Assembly (NCBI GenBank): GCA_045803545.1
Contig: JBJMOW010000005.1
Span: 1-64,000, forward strand
DNA length: 64,000 bases
Reading direction: 5' to 3'
Source: Gemmatimonadaceae bacterium
GTDB lineage: Bacteria; Gemmatimonadota; Gemmatimonadetes; Gemmatimonadales; Gemmatimonadaceae
The position numbers and the translations under genes are program-made. Numbering within the stretch: position 1 is the first letter of the stretch; the number at the start of each line of letters is the position of its first letter. Positions 1 through 9,674 of this stretch are shown in pieces. The notes beneath the pieces are model-generated. The model searched no databases and was not told the origin of the DNA. It saw nothing but the letters and a program-made list of their open reading frames with translations.

Positions 1-438
<438 letters not shown>

Positions 439-553
439 ACTCCCTATGGAGCTTGCTCCAGCTGGAGACAAGCAATACTGCAAGCAGAGCAAATGCACGA
501 TCTTCAATGTGGGATTCTTTCCCGATCTACCAAAACTCCGTTGTCATACATAT

Positions 554-672
554 TCGCTGGCGACTAGAGCGTAGGGGCCACACTCGTTCCCATTCCGAAC
601 ACGATCGTTAAGCCCTACAGCGCCGATGGTACTCCGCTCGAGAGAGCGCGGGAGAGTAGGCCGTCGCCGGCA
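554..672 (+). rRNA. rrf: 5S rRNA
   Basis: Typical CCCATTCCGAAC..GTTAAGC..AGCGCCGATGGTACT..GGGAGAGTAGG..GTCGCC, about 115 nt after 23S; ends approximate. Confidence 0.95.
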
Positions 673-679
673 TCTCATT

Positions 680-714
680 AAAAAGCCGCTCGATTCGTCG
701 AGCGGCTTTTTTTT
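680..714 (+). terminator. Intrinsic terminator of the rRNA operon
   Basis: AAAAAGCCGCTCGA-TTCG-TCGAGCGGCTTTTTTTT, a perfect stem plus U-tract. Confidence 0.9.
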
Positions 715-732
715 CGTCCGCAATTCCGCGAG

Positions 733-738
733 TATCTT
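733..738 (+). promoter_or_regulatory. Candidate -10 element (TATCTT) 5 nt upstream of the era ATG; possible leaderless promoter
   Basis: TATCTT-GCAAG-ATG with no Shine-Dalgarno; same spacing recurs at uvrC and trpG. Confidence 0.45.
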
Positions 739-743
739 GCAAG

Positions 744-1622
744 ATGCCCAAGGCTGGAATAGTCACTGTCGTCGGAAGGCCGAACGTCGGAAAGTCGACG
801 CTCCTCAATCGCATCGTCGGCGAAAAGCTCAGTATCACGAGCCCGAAACCACAGTCGACCCGCGATCGAGTAGTCGGGATCTATACCGCCGACGACGCAC
901 AGATGGTGATCCTCGACACACCCGGACTTCTTAATCCGCGCTACGCTCTCCAGGAATCGATGCGCGACACAGCACTCCGCGCACTCGATGATGCCGACGT
1001 CGTCATCTACCTCGCCGATGCCGCGGACGGCGTCCCTGAGCCGCTCGCTGAAGCCGCTCGACTCAAGAAGGGAATTGCAGTGCCGGTGATCATTGCGCTC
1101 AACAAGTCGGATTCACTCCCGCCCGCGAGGCGCGAACAGCTGGCGCAAGGCGAATCAATTCGTTTCGTATCGGCGCTCACTGGCGAGGGCGTCCAGGAGC
1201 TGATGCGAGAAGCCGCAGACAAACTTCCCGAGAGTCCATTCCTCTATCCCGTCGACGAGATCAGCACGCAGCCGGTTCGCTTTTTTGTCGCCGAGCTGGT
1301 TCGGGAAACCGTGCTCGAGCAGCTGCACGACGAGGTGCCGTACAGCGTCGCGGTGCAGGTTGAGGAATATCGCGAAGACCGCTCGCCTCTCTACATCCGG
1401 GCAGTAATTTACGTGGAACGAGAAAGCCAGAAGGCGATCATCATCGGGGCGAAAGGCGCGCAGATAAAACGCATTGGCGAAACGGCTCGTAAAAAGATCG
1501 AGGCTTTCGCCGGCAGCCAGGTTTATCTCGATCTCTGGATCAAAGTACTTCCGAACTGGCGGAAAAAGCCCGATTCCCTGTCACGATTCGGATATCAACT
1601 TGCTACAGGAAACAGCAAATGA
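744..1622 (+). CDS. era: GTPase Era
   Basis: GRPNVGKST, TTR-like STRD, DTPG, NKSD, C-terminal KH domain (EVPYS, IIIGAKG). Confidence 0.96.
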   Translation: MPKAGIVTVVGRPNVGKSTLLNRIVGEKLSITSPKPQSTRDRVVGIYTADDAQMVILDTPGLLNPRYALQESMRDTALRALDDADVVIYLADAADGVPEPLAEAARLKKGIAVPVIIALNKSDSLPPARREQLAQGESIRFVSALTGEGVQELMREAADKLPESPFLYPVDEISTQPVRFFVAELVRETVLEQLHDEVPYSVAVQVEEYREDRSPLYIRAVIYVERESQKAIIIGAKGAQIKRIGETARKKIEAFAGSQVYLDLWIKVLPNWRKKPDSLSRFGYQLATGNSK

Positions 1623-1786
1623 GTTTGTCACCGCGATTACTGGAAATCCTCGTCTGCCCGAAGTGTAAGAGTGAGCTCGAGTATCGTGAGCAGGAGCAGG
1701 CGCTTCTTTGTCAAAAGTGCCGGCTTCGCTACGCTGTGCGCGACGACATTCCAATCATGCTCATCGATGAGGCGACTCCTTTTTAG
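1619..1786 (+). CDS. Trm112-like small zinc-binding protein (55 aa), not in the ORF track
   Basis: Hand translation MSLSPRLLEILVCPKCKSELEYREQEQALLCQKCRLRYAVRDDIPIMLIDEATPF*; LLEILVCP.CK..L and Y.VRDDIPIML signature; ATGA overlap with the era stop. Confidence 0.9.
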   Translation: MSLSPRLLEILVCPKCKSELEYREQEQALLCQKCRLRYAVRDDIPIMLIDEATPF

Positions 1787-2732
1787 TTTTGCCCTCGCGG
1801 TCGGTACAACCACGGCTGCCGCTCAGACACAGAGCGGCAGCGAAGGATCATTGTTCCTGCTCCTTCCCACGGGGGCACAGGCAGTAGGGATGGGGCAAAC
1901 GATGGTCGCGGCGAAGCCGGGTAGCGAAGGGATCTGGTGGAATCCGGCTTCGCTCGGGGGACAAGACAAGCGAGAGCTCGCAATCCATCACTCCACCACC
2001 ATCGCGGGAGTCGGAGACGCTCTTTCTTTCGTCGCTCCAGTCAGCAAATACGCGACGCTGGCTTTTTCGACGAACATACTGAACCTGGGAAACCAGGATA
2101 TCACCGACAACAATGGCGGAGTTATCGGTACGGTGTTTCCGCGAGATGTAGTGTTCGCTGGAACGTACGCGGGCCAGTTCACTAAGCGCCTTTCCGGTGG
2201 TATGAACTACAAAATCATTCAACTGCGCGTCGACTGCTCGGGACAATGCAGCTCGGTTGGTCCGGAAGTCCAAAGCTCGCGTGCGATGGATCTCGGAGCT
2301 CAGTATGAGGTTGTGGCGGGAGGCCCACTCACCTTTGGCGCAGCCATCCGCAACTTCGGCGCGCGCCTGAATTCCAGGGAAACCAATCACCGTGATCCGC
2401 TGCCGACACAGGTGGATGTCGGCGCGATGTATCGACTCAAATTCATCGAGCAGTACGTGAAGGAAACCGAGATGCGACTGGCGGGCTCCTTCATCGATTC
2501 ACGTGACTTCGGCGGAAAGTCCGTACGATTGGGGGCCGACGTCACTTATCAGGAGAAGGTGCATTTGCGCGCAGGATTCGTTGGCCACGATCGACGTTCA
2601 GATGCCAGCGCTTCGGTTGGTTTCGGACTGCAAAGCGGCGCATTTGTTTTCGACATCGCGCGCACCTTTGGCGGACTGCCCGCGGAAAATGGACAGACAC
2701 CGGTTTACGTCTCGCTTCGCTATCTGTTTTGA
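1767..2732 (+). CDS. PorV/PorQ-like (UPF0164 / FadL-related) outer-membrane beta-barrel protein
   Basis: Start reassigned to ATG 1767 (signal peptide MRRLLFSFALAVGTTTAAAQ); FLLLPTGAQAVGMG...WWNPASL family motif; C-terminal YVSLRYLF beta-signal. Confidence 0.75.
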   Translation: MRRLLFSFALAVGTTTAAAQTQSGSEGSLFLLLPTGAQAVGMGQTMVAAKPGSEGIWWNPASLGGQDKRELAIHHSTTIAGVGDALSFVAPVSKYATLAFSTNILNLGNQDITDNNGGVIGTVFPRDVVFAGTYAGQFTKRLSGGMNYKIIQLRVDCSGQCSSVGPEVQSSRAMDLGAQYEVVAGGPLTFGAAIRNFGARLNSRETNHRDPLPTQVDVGAMYRLKFIEQYVKETEMRLAGSFIDSRDFGGKSVRLGADVTYQEKVHLRAGFVGHDRRSDASASVGFGLQSGAFVFDIARTFGGLPAENGQTPVYVSLRYLF

Positions 2733-2752
2733 CGCCGCTGGTTCGGCGGACG

Positions 2753-2796
2753 ACGCTCAACGGCAAAGGTGAATCACGCCGGGCTGACTTGAGACG
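2753..2796 (+). promoter_or_regulatory. Candidate cis-regulatory RNA (possible cation riboswitch) upstream of the Ca2+/H+ exchanger
   Basis: Nested pairings CTCAA(2756-60)/TTGAG(2789-93), CGGC(2761-64)/GCCG(2778-81), GTG/CAC; the 3' strand covers the ribosome-binding region of GTG 2800. Confidence 0.4.
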
Positions 2797-2799
2797 CAA

Positions 2800-3852
2800 G
2801 TGAAAATTCTCTACGCCCTGCTCATCTTCGCACCGATCGCGGTCATCGCGCGCGTTGCGGGCGCTCCGCCCATCCTCATCTTCGCGCTGAGCGCCCTGGC
2901 GATCATCCCCTTATCGGGCGTGCTGGGTGCGGCAACCGAGGCGGTCGCCGAACACACGTCGCCGACGATTGGCGGAGTGCTGAGCGCAACGATGGGCAAT
3001 CTGGCCGAGTTGATCATTGCGGGGGTGGCGCTGCGTGCCGGCCTGATCGATCTGGTGAAGGCGTCGATCACCGGGTCGATTCTTGGCAACCTCCTGCTCG
3101 TGCTCGGGATTGCTCTGTTCGCCGGAGGACTGAAGTACCCTGTCCAGAAATTCAACCGGAACCTGGCCGGCTCCAGTACCAGCATTCTGCTGATCGCCGT
3201 GTTTGGACTGGTGGTACCGGCACTATTCCACAGCCTTCATCCCGACCCGGCGCGGGCGGCGACCGTTCGGATGTCGCACTATGTCGCCGGACTCTTGATA
3301 GCGGGATACATCGCCTGGCTTGTCTTCTCGCTGTGGACTCACTCGACCGAGTTGAGTGCCGAAAGAGGGGCTCCAGGCGTGACTGTAGCTCCAAAGTGGT
3401 CGTCTAAGAAGGCAACCATAATCCTCGTTTTGGCGGCAGCAGGGATTGGCGTGGTGGCGGAAGTGCTGGTGGCGGCGACGGAGGAGGCAGTCAAGGTTCT
3501 GGGTTTGTCGGAATTCTTTGTCGGGCTGATTCTGATTCCGATCATCGGCAACGCGGCTGAAAACAGTTCGGCAATACTGATGGCGTTGAAGAACCGCATG
3601 GATCTGGCGCTCAACATCGCCGTTGGCTCGAGCATACAGGTGGCGCTGCTTATAGCGCCGCTGTTGGTTTTTCTCGGAATGGTGTTTCACCAGCCCATGG
3701 ATCTCGCCTTCACCGTAATGGAAGTGGCGAGCATTGCATTGGCTGTTTTAGTAACGTCATCCGTGATCAGGGACGCGGAAACCAACTGGCTGGAAGGCGC
3801 CTTGTTGCTTCTCGCGTACGCCGTACTGGGAGTTGCGTTCTACTTTTTTTAG
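2800..3852 (+). CDS. cax: Calcium/proton exchanger (CaCA, CAX family)
   Basis: Alpha-repeat motifs GNLAELII, GSILGNLLLVLG, GNAAE, GSSIQVAL; TNWLEG; about 10 hydrophobic segments. Confidence 0.92.
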   Translation: MKILYALLIFAPIAVIARVAGAPPILIFALSALAIIPLSGVLGAATEAVAEHTSPTIGGVLSATMGNLAELIIAGVALRAGLIDLVKASITGSILGNLLLVLGIALFAGGLKYPVQKFNRNLAGSSTSILLIAVFGLVVPALFHSLHPDPARAATVRMSHYVAGLLIAGYIAWLVFSLWTHSTELSAERGAPGVTVAPKWSSKKATIILVLAAAGIGVVAEVLVAATEEAVKVLGLSEFFVGLILIPIIGNAAENSSAILMALKNRMDLALNIAVGSSIQVALLIAPLLVFLGMVFHQPMDLAFTVMEVASIALAVLVTSSVIRDAETNWLEGALLLLAYAVLGVAFYFF

Positions 3853-3884
3853 ACAGAATTACCGTCGACCGGAAAGCCCACGAT

Positions 3885-4883
3885 TTGCAGCAGCCAAACG
3901 CGATACGCTTCTCACCCGACGGTGCGGCATTGCCCGCGCACGTTGGAGCCTGGATTGAAGCGCAGGATTCCGCGGTCGTCACGCTGAGCTCGCCCGACGA
4001 GCTCATGTCGATCGCGCTTCGCGCGCGCCCTCAGTTCGTGATGTTCGACGCTCGAAAGGGTTCGACGGCCGCTCTCGCCGCGCTCAAGCGTCTGAAGCGC
4101 GATTCATACACCGCGGTCGTGCCGTCCGCGGTCCTCTGCGCGAAGGGGAATGAGGCGCTGGAAGAAGCGTTCGATGCCGGCGCCGACGAAGTGATTCGAG
4201 ACGGCATGCAGTCGGCCGAAGCGGTGCGACGTCTTACCGCGATGCTCATACGGTCCGAGCGCGACCTGGTCGTGCATCCTTCGACCCGTCTCGCGGGCAC
4301 ATCGGCCATCGAAGCCGAAATCGGACGCCGCCTGGCGGGCGGTGATTACTTCGCCGTCTGTTACGCCGATCTGGATCACTTCAAGGAGTTCAACGATCGC
4401 TATAGCTACAACGAAGGCGACCGCGTGATCCGGATCCTGGCTAAACTGCTGCACGACGTCGTCAAGGGAACTTGCGGCGAAGAAGGATTCATCGGCCACA
4501 TCGGCGGCGACGATTTTATTTTCATCATTCCGTACAATTCGATTCCGTCCGTCTGCGGCGAGATCGTGGCGACATTCGATCTGCTCGCGCCGTACCAATA
4601 TTCCGAGCAGGACCGGCGCGCGGGATATTTCTTCGGTAAGGACCGTCGCGGACATCTCGATCGCGTGCCTTTAATGACGCTATCGATCGGGGTCGTCACC
4701 AATTTGCGCCGCACGTTGACCTCGGCACGCCAGGCGAGCCAACTTGCGACTGAAATGAAGACGTACGCCAAGAGTCTTCCTGGCTCAGTTTATACGGTAG
4801 ATAGACGAAGCGACGAGCGTGTCACGCCCCAGGAGCCGCTGCCGGCAATACGCGATGTTCGCAAGATCGGAGAGAATGAATGA
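3885..4883 (+). CDS. Receiver-like domain plus GGDEF (GGDDF) diguanylate cyclase
   Basis: DLDHFKEFND, GHIGGDDF, LSIGV; degenerate N-terminal receiver (PQFVMFD, AFDAGADEVI); start codon uncertain. Confidence 0.85.
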   Translation: MQQPNAIRFSPDGAALPAHVGAWIEAQDSAVVTLSSPDELMSIALRARPQFVMFDARKGSTAALAALKRLKRDSYTAVVPSAVLCAKGNEALEEAFDAGADEVIRDGMQSAEAVRRLTAMLIRSERDLVVHPSTRLAGTSAIEAEIGRRLAGGDYFAVCYADLDHFKEFNDRYSYNEGDRVIRILAKLLHDVVKGTCGEEGFIGHIGGDDFIFIIPYNSIPSVCGEIVATFDLLAPYQYSEQDRRAGYFFGKDRRGHLDRVPLMTLSIGVVTNLRRTLTSARQASQLATEMKTYAKSLPGSVYTVDRRSDERVTPQEPLPAIRDVRKIGENE

Positions 4884-5797
4884 ACGTCAGCTGCCCGGAT
4901 TGTCGCTCGATTTTCCGCGTGGACCCTGCGAAGGTTCCACCCAACGGGGTACGCGCCCGATGCTCCGTCTGCAGCGGCGTCATCACGATTCCAGCGCCGA
5001 GCGGAGTGAACACTCCAAGCGCATCCGCGCCGCGCACCACAACGCCCGCGACACAGACAGCGCCACCTTTCGCTCCTCCCGCGGCGCCGTTCAACCCGCC
5101 GGCCCCGCCATCGCCACCGCGCACCGCTGAAATGCCGGCGCCTCCGCGTCGCCGGGACGAGTCAGGTCCGGTAACAGCGACAGCTACGCCGCCATCGCCA
5201 TCTGGCAGCGTGCCGGAATTCCGGTCGCCGCCGGCGACGCCGGGGTTTCCGCCCCGCGCGCCAAGTGGGCCCGGGCCGTCTGCTCCGCCATTCGTACCTG
5301 GCGCACCGGCTCGTCCGCCGGTCCCGCCTCCTGCGGCGGCGCCGGTTGCAAACTCACCGATCGCGCCGTCGGCGCCTGCTCAGCGCGCAGCGACTCCGTC
5401 GGTAACGCCGCCGCGTGCCGCTACTCCGGCGCTATCGCCACCGCCGACCCCGCCAACGCCGGCGCCACAGCCTCCGCGGCCGGTGACGCCCGCCGGCGGT
5501 TCAGCGGCCGCGAGTGATGCGGCTTCACGTCGTCCGCTGAACCCATTTCTTTCCAAAGATCCTAACCAGCGCGCCAAGCGTCTGGCGCGGGCCCTCGTTT
5601 CCGACATCATCACCTACCATCCGGCGAAGCACGCCGAAGGTCTTCGCGACGGAACTCTCAAGCAGCTCTTCAGGGATGAGATTAAAAAGAGCTTCGAGGA
5701 GTATATTGCGCAGGTTGGACAGCAGCTCGCCGAGGGCACGACCTATTTTCAGGAAGCGCTCAACGAAGTGTTGGCGGGTGGAAAGAAGATTTTTTAA
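4880..5797 (+). CDS. MJ0042-type zinc-ribbon protein with Pro-rich linker and C-terminal RomX-like helical domain
   Basis: CPDC-x19-CSVC at the N-terminus; long P/A/T-rich linker; C-terminal AKRLARALVSDIITY...YFQEALNEVL; ATGA-coupled to the GGDEF gene. Confidence 0.75.
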   Translation: MNVSCPDCRSIFRVDPAKVPPNGVRARCSVCSGVITIPAPSGVNTPSASAPRTTTPATQTAPPFAPPAAPFNPPAPPSPPRTAEMPAPPRRRDESGPVTATATPPSPSGSVPEFRSPPATPGFPPRAPSGPGPSAPPFVPGAPARPPVPPPAAAPVANSPIAPSAPAQRAATPSVTPPRAATPALSPPPTPPTPAPQPPRPVTPAGGSAAASDAASRRPLNPFLSKDPNQRAKRLARALVSDIITYHPAKHAEGLRDGTLKQLFRDEIKKSFEEYIAQVGQQLAEGTTYFQEALNEVLAGGKKIF

Positions 5798-5823
5798 GGA
5801 TTCACGGGCGGAGGGCCCGTAAA

Positions 5824-6943
5824 ATGGCGGAAAGCGAACGCAGTCGTGGACTGGTGCGGAGCAGAGAACGGCTGACGGAGTTGCGGAGGTATCTTTGACA
5901 TCGACGGCAAGCGCAAACGACTGACTGCGCTCGACGCCGAGATGGCTGACGGCGCCTTCTGGAACAACCAGGAGAAAGCGCAGGCGACACTGCAGGAAGT
6001 AAAGACTCTGCGGAATTGGGTCGACCCCTACGACAAGTTGAACGATCGCGTAACGAGCGCGCTCGAGCTCGACCAGCTGTTGCAGGACAGCCCCGAGCCA
6101 GACATGGAGCGCGAGCTCGATACGGAGACCTCGGAGCTGGGCGAAGAGGTGCGCTCTTTCGAGCTCAAATCGCTGTTACGGGGAGCCGATGATTTCCGCG
6201 ACGCTCAGGTCGAAATCAGCGCCGGCGCTGGCGGGACCGAAGCGCAGGACTGGGCGCAGATGATAATGCGCATGTACACCCGGTGGGCGGAGCGCCGCGG
6301 CTACGAGGTCAGCGTTCTCGACGAAAGCGAGGGAGAAGAAGCTGGCATCAAGGGAGCCGTGCTCGAGATACGCGGTCTCTACGCTTACGGCTTCCTGCGA
6401 CCGGAGACAGGAGTGCACCGGCTGGTGCGGATTTCTCCTTTCGATGCGAACGCGCGCCGTCACACCAGCTTCGCATCCGTGTTCGTGTATCCAGTCGTCA
6501 ATGAAGAGATCAACATCGACATCCGAGAAGAAGATTTGAGAATCGATGTGTACCGCGCATCCGGCGCCGGTGGACAGCACGTCAACAAGACCAGCTCGGC
6601 TGTACGCATCACTCATATTCCCACCAATACCGTCGTCGCTTCGCAGCAGGAGCGCTCGCAGCACAAGAACAAGTCGCAGGCGATGAAGATGCTGAAGAAC
6701 AAGCTCTATCAGGCCGAGATCGAGCGTCGTGACGCGCAGAAGGCCGCGCTCGACGCCACGAAGTCTGATGTGAGCTTCGGGAGCCAGATCCGTAGCTACG
6801 TTTTCCAGCCGTACACGATGGTCAACGACCATCGGACTGAGCTCAAGATTCCGGATGTCCAGAAGGTGATGGACGGCGCGATCGATCCATTCATCGAGGC
6901 ATACCTCAAACAGACCGGCGAGTCCAAGACGGCGGCGGCGTGA
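5824..6943 (+). CDS. prfB: Peptide chain release factor 2, +1 programmed frameshift at 5893-5899
   Basis: ATG 5824 reads 24 codons to CTT TGA C preceded by GGAGGT; the +1 frame joins the 5942 ORF, which has SPF and GGQ motifs. Confidence 0.95.
5885..5899 (+). promoter_or_regulatory. prfB +1 frameshift cassette (internal SD + CTT TGA C)
   Basis: GGAGGTATCTTTGAC matches the canonical RF2 autoregulatory site. Confidence 0.93.
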
Positions 6944-8427
6944 CAGAGGAATTGAACTTTATCCTCCAGGCGCGGCGCGAAAAGCTGCAAGCCCTGGAGG
7001 CGGCCGGAGTACAGCCGTTCGCGTACGGTTTCGATCGTCAACACACTGCAGAAGCCGCTCACGCCCTGATTGGTGACGCCGCAGAAGGTCCGATGGTGAC
7101 GCTCGCCGGCCGGATCGTCGCGTGGCGCGGGCATGGGAAGACTGCCTTCGCACACGTCGTCGATTCCACCGGCAAGATGCAGCTCTATTTCCGGAAGGAC
7201 CAACTCGGCGATCCAGCGTTCGCGATGCTCGCCCACTTTGATCTCGGCGACATCATTGGCGTGCATGGGCCCTTGTTCCGGACGAAGACCGGCGAAGTAA
7301 CCGTGCGCGTCGATCGCGTCGAGCTGCTCGCGAAATCTCTGCGTCCGCTGCCATTCGGCAAAGAAGAAATCGTAGACGGACAAACGATTCGCCATTCCGG
7401 TTTCACCGATCCCGAGCAGCGTTACCGTCAGCGGTATGCCGACCTGGCAGTGCATCCCGAGGTCCGCGCGCTCTTCGTCGCCCGGTCGCGAATGACAACA
7501 GCAATCCGCGCTTTTTTCGACGAGCGCGATTTCCTCGAAGTCGAAACGCCGGTGTTGCAGCCGTTGTATGGCGGCGCCGCAGCGCGTCCGTTCACGACGC
7601 TGCATAACGCGCTAGACATGCCGCTGTACCTGCGCATCGCCGACGAGCTGTATCTGAAACGGCTGGTGGTTGGCGGACTCGATCGGGTTTATGAGATCGG
7701 CCACGATTTCCGCAATGAAGGAATCGACCGAACCCACAATCCAGAGTTCACGATGCTGGAGTTCTATCAGGCATACGCGGACTACACCACGATGATGGAA
7801 GTCGCCGAGCAGCTGCTGGAGCGTGCAGCCGACGCCGTCCGCACGGTGCCAGACGTCCGGGAGAAAGTCCCACACTTTCAACACCCATTTCCACGCGTGG
7901 AGTGGCTGCCGTCCTTGAACAAGGCCGCAGGCACAGACGTCACCGCGCTGGACGACGCGAGCCTCCGCGCACTCGCGAAGCGAGTTGGGGTAGAAGAGTC
8001 TGATACGATGAGTCGCCCCAAAGTCATGGATGAGATGTTCCAGGCGCTTGTCGAGTCGAAATTGATCAGTCCGACCTTCGTCATCGACTATCCCGTGGAA
8101 CTTTCTCCGTTAGCCAAACCGAAGCGAGGCAACCCGAAGCTCACCGAGCGCTTCGAACTGTTTGCCAATGGCAAAGAGCTCGCGAACGCGTTCAGCGAGC
8201 TGAACGATCCAATCGATCAACGCCGTCGCTTCGAGGCGCAGGCAAAGCTGCGCGCGGCCGGCGATCTCGAGGCTGCCGGGGTCGATGAGGATTACCTGCG
8301 CGCGATGGAGTATGGAATGCCACCAATGGGTGGATGTGGGATCGGCATCGACCGATTGTTCATGTATCTGTCGGGCTCGACGAACATCCGCGACGTGATT
8401 CTCTTTCCGACGATGAGGCCCGAGTGA
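6940..8427 (+). CDS. lysS: Lysine--tRNA ligase (class II)
   Basis: [57 protein letters not shown]. Confidence 0.97.
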   Translation: MTEELNFILQARREKLQALEAAGVQPFAYGFDRQHTAEAAHALIGDAAEGPMVTLAGRIVAWRGHGKTAFAHVVDSTGKMQLYFRKDQLGDPAFAMLAHFDLGDIIGVHGPLFRTKTGEVTVRVDRVELLAKSLRPLPFGKEEIVDGQTIRHSGFTDPEQRYRQRYADLAVHPEVRALFVARSRMTTAIRAFFDERDFLEVETPVLQPLYGGAAARPFTTLHNALDMPLYLRIADELYLKRLVVGGLDRVYEIGHDFRNEGIDRTHNPEFTMLEFYQAYADYTTMMEVAEQLLERAADAVRTVPDVREKVPHFQHPFPRVEWLPSLNKAAGTDVTALDDASLRALAKRVGVEESDTMSRPKVMDEMFQALVESKLISPTFVIDYPVELSPLAKPKRGNPKLTERFELFANGKELANAFSELNDPIDQRRRFEAQAKLRAAGDLEAAGVDEDYLRAMEYGMPPMGGCGIGIDRLFMYLSGSTNIRDVILFPTMRPE

Positions 8428-9674
8428 CGAAGCTCGAGCTGCAGATCGCCTGGCGTTACCTGCGCAGTAGACGTGGATCGAAGCTGCTCTCTCTGATCAG
8501 CATCATCGCGATCGGCGGCGTACTCGTCGGCGTCAGTGCTTTGATCATCATCATCGGGGTGATGAACGGGCTGCAACACGACTTGCGCGAGAAGATTCTC
8601 GTCGGCAGTCCGGATATCCGCGTGCTGACGTACGGCGAAGATCTGAAAATCAACGACTGGCCAACGGTGCTCGAGAAAGTTCGCAAGCAACCCGGGGTCG
8701 TATCCGCGGCGCCGTTCGTTCTCACCGAAGGCGTGATGACGGGTGGACGCGACTATGCCGGCGGGGTGTACATCGTTGGCATTCCGCCGCAAGGACGCGG
8801 CGTGCCCGATGTGACGACGATTCGCGAGCATGCAACCAACGGAGATTTTCGCTTCGCGAGCAGCGACGGACAGAAGCGCGGGGTGGTGCTGGGCAAACTC
8901 CTCGCTGCGCGTTTCAACAGGTATCTGGGCGATAGCGTTCTGCTGTTATCTGCAGCGCTCAGCAAGATGAACCCGGTTACCGGCGGCGTTGTGCCGAGCG
9001 TTGAGCGATTCGAGGTGACGGGAATCGTGTCGACCGGGATGTACGAGTACGATAACTCATACGCCTTCATCGCGATTGACAAGGCGCAAAAGCTCGCCGG
9101 TCTCGGCGGAGGTGTCACGGGTGTCGAGGTAAAAACGACCGATCGGTGGCAGGCGAAGAACGTCGCCAACCAGTTGACGGCATCCCTCGGCTGGCCATAT
9201 CGCACGGTTGATTGGGAAGAGCAGAACCATTCGCTCTTTCAGGCGCTCAAGCTCGAAAAGCTGGGCATGGGCGTGATTCTGTTGCTCATCGTCCTGGTAG
9301 CTGCTTTCAACATCGTGAGCACTCTCACGATGGTTGTCGCCGACAAGACGAAAGAGATCGGGATTCTCAAGGCGATGGGCATGCCGGCGCGCTCAATCCG
9401 CCGAATATTCTTTGCGCAGGGTCTGGTGATAGGCGTGGTTGGAACCGCTCTTGGCCTGGTGTTGGGATTCGCCGGAGCGCTAGCTCTCGACAAGTATCAG
9501 TTCATCAAACTCGATCCGACCGTCTATTTCATAGATCACCTGCCGGTAAGCACTCAGCCGGGTGACGTTGTTTGGATCGTGCTCGCAAGCGTCGCGATTG
9601 CTGCGATCGCCACGATCTATCCGTCGGTGCAGGCGTCGCGGCTCTTCCCGATCGAGGCAATCCGGCACGAATGA
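8424..9674 (+). CDS. lolC: Lipoprotein-releasing ABC transporter permease LolC/E
   Basis: Start reassigned to GTG 8424; [37 protein letters not shown]. Confidence 0.9.
   Translation: MTKLELQIAWRYLRSRRGSKLLSLISIIAIGGVLVGVSALIIIIGVMNGLQHDLREKILVGSPDIRVLTYGEDLKINDWPTVLEKVRKQPGVVSAAPFVLTEGVMTGGRDYAGGVYIVGIPPQGRGVPDVTTIREHATNGDFRFASSDGQKRGVVLGKLLAARFNRYLGDSVLLLSAALSKMNPVTGGVVPSVERFEVTGIVSTGMYEYDNSYAFIAIDKAQKLAGLGGGVTGVEVKTTDRWQAKNVANQLTASLGWPYRTVDWEEQNHSLFQALKLEKLGMGVILLLIVLVAAFNIVSTLTMVVADKTKEIGILKAMGMPARSIRRIFFAQGLVIGVVGTALGLVLGFAGALALDKYQFIKLDPTVYFIDHLPVSTQPGDVVWIVLASVAIAAIATIYPSVQASRLFPIEAIRHE

Noticed and set aside
4990..5520. GC-rich quasi-repeats (CCG/GCG runs) as a DNA repeat or array
   Set aside because: Explained by Pro/Ala codons of the linker; no fixed unit or spacer structure.
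5824..5898. Premature stop suggesting prfB is a pseudogene
   Set aside because: It is the canonical programmed +1 frameshift site with an internal SD.
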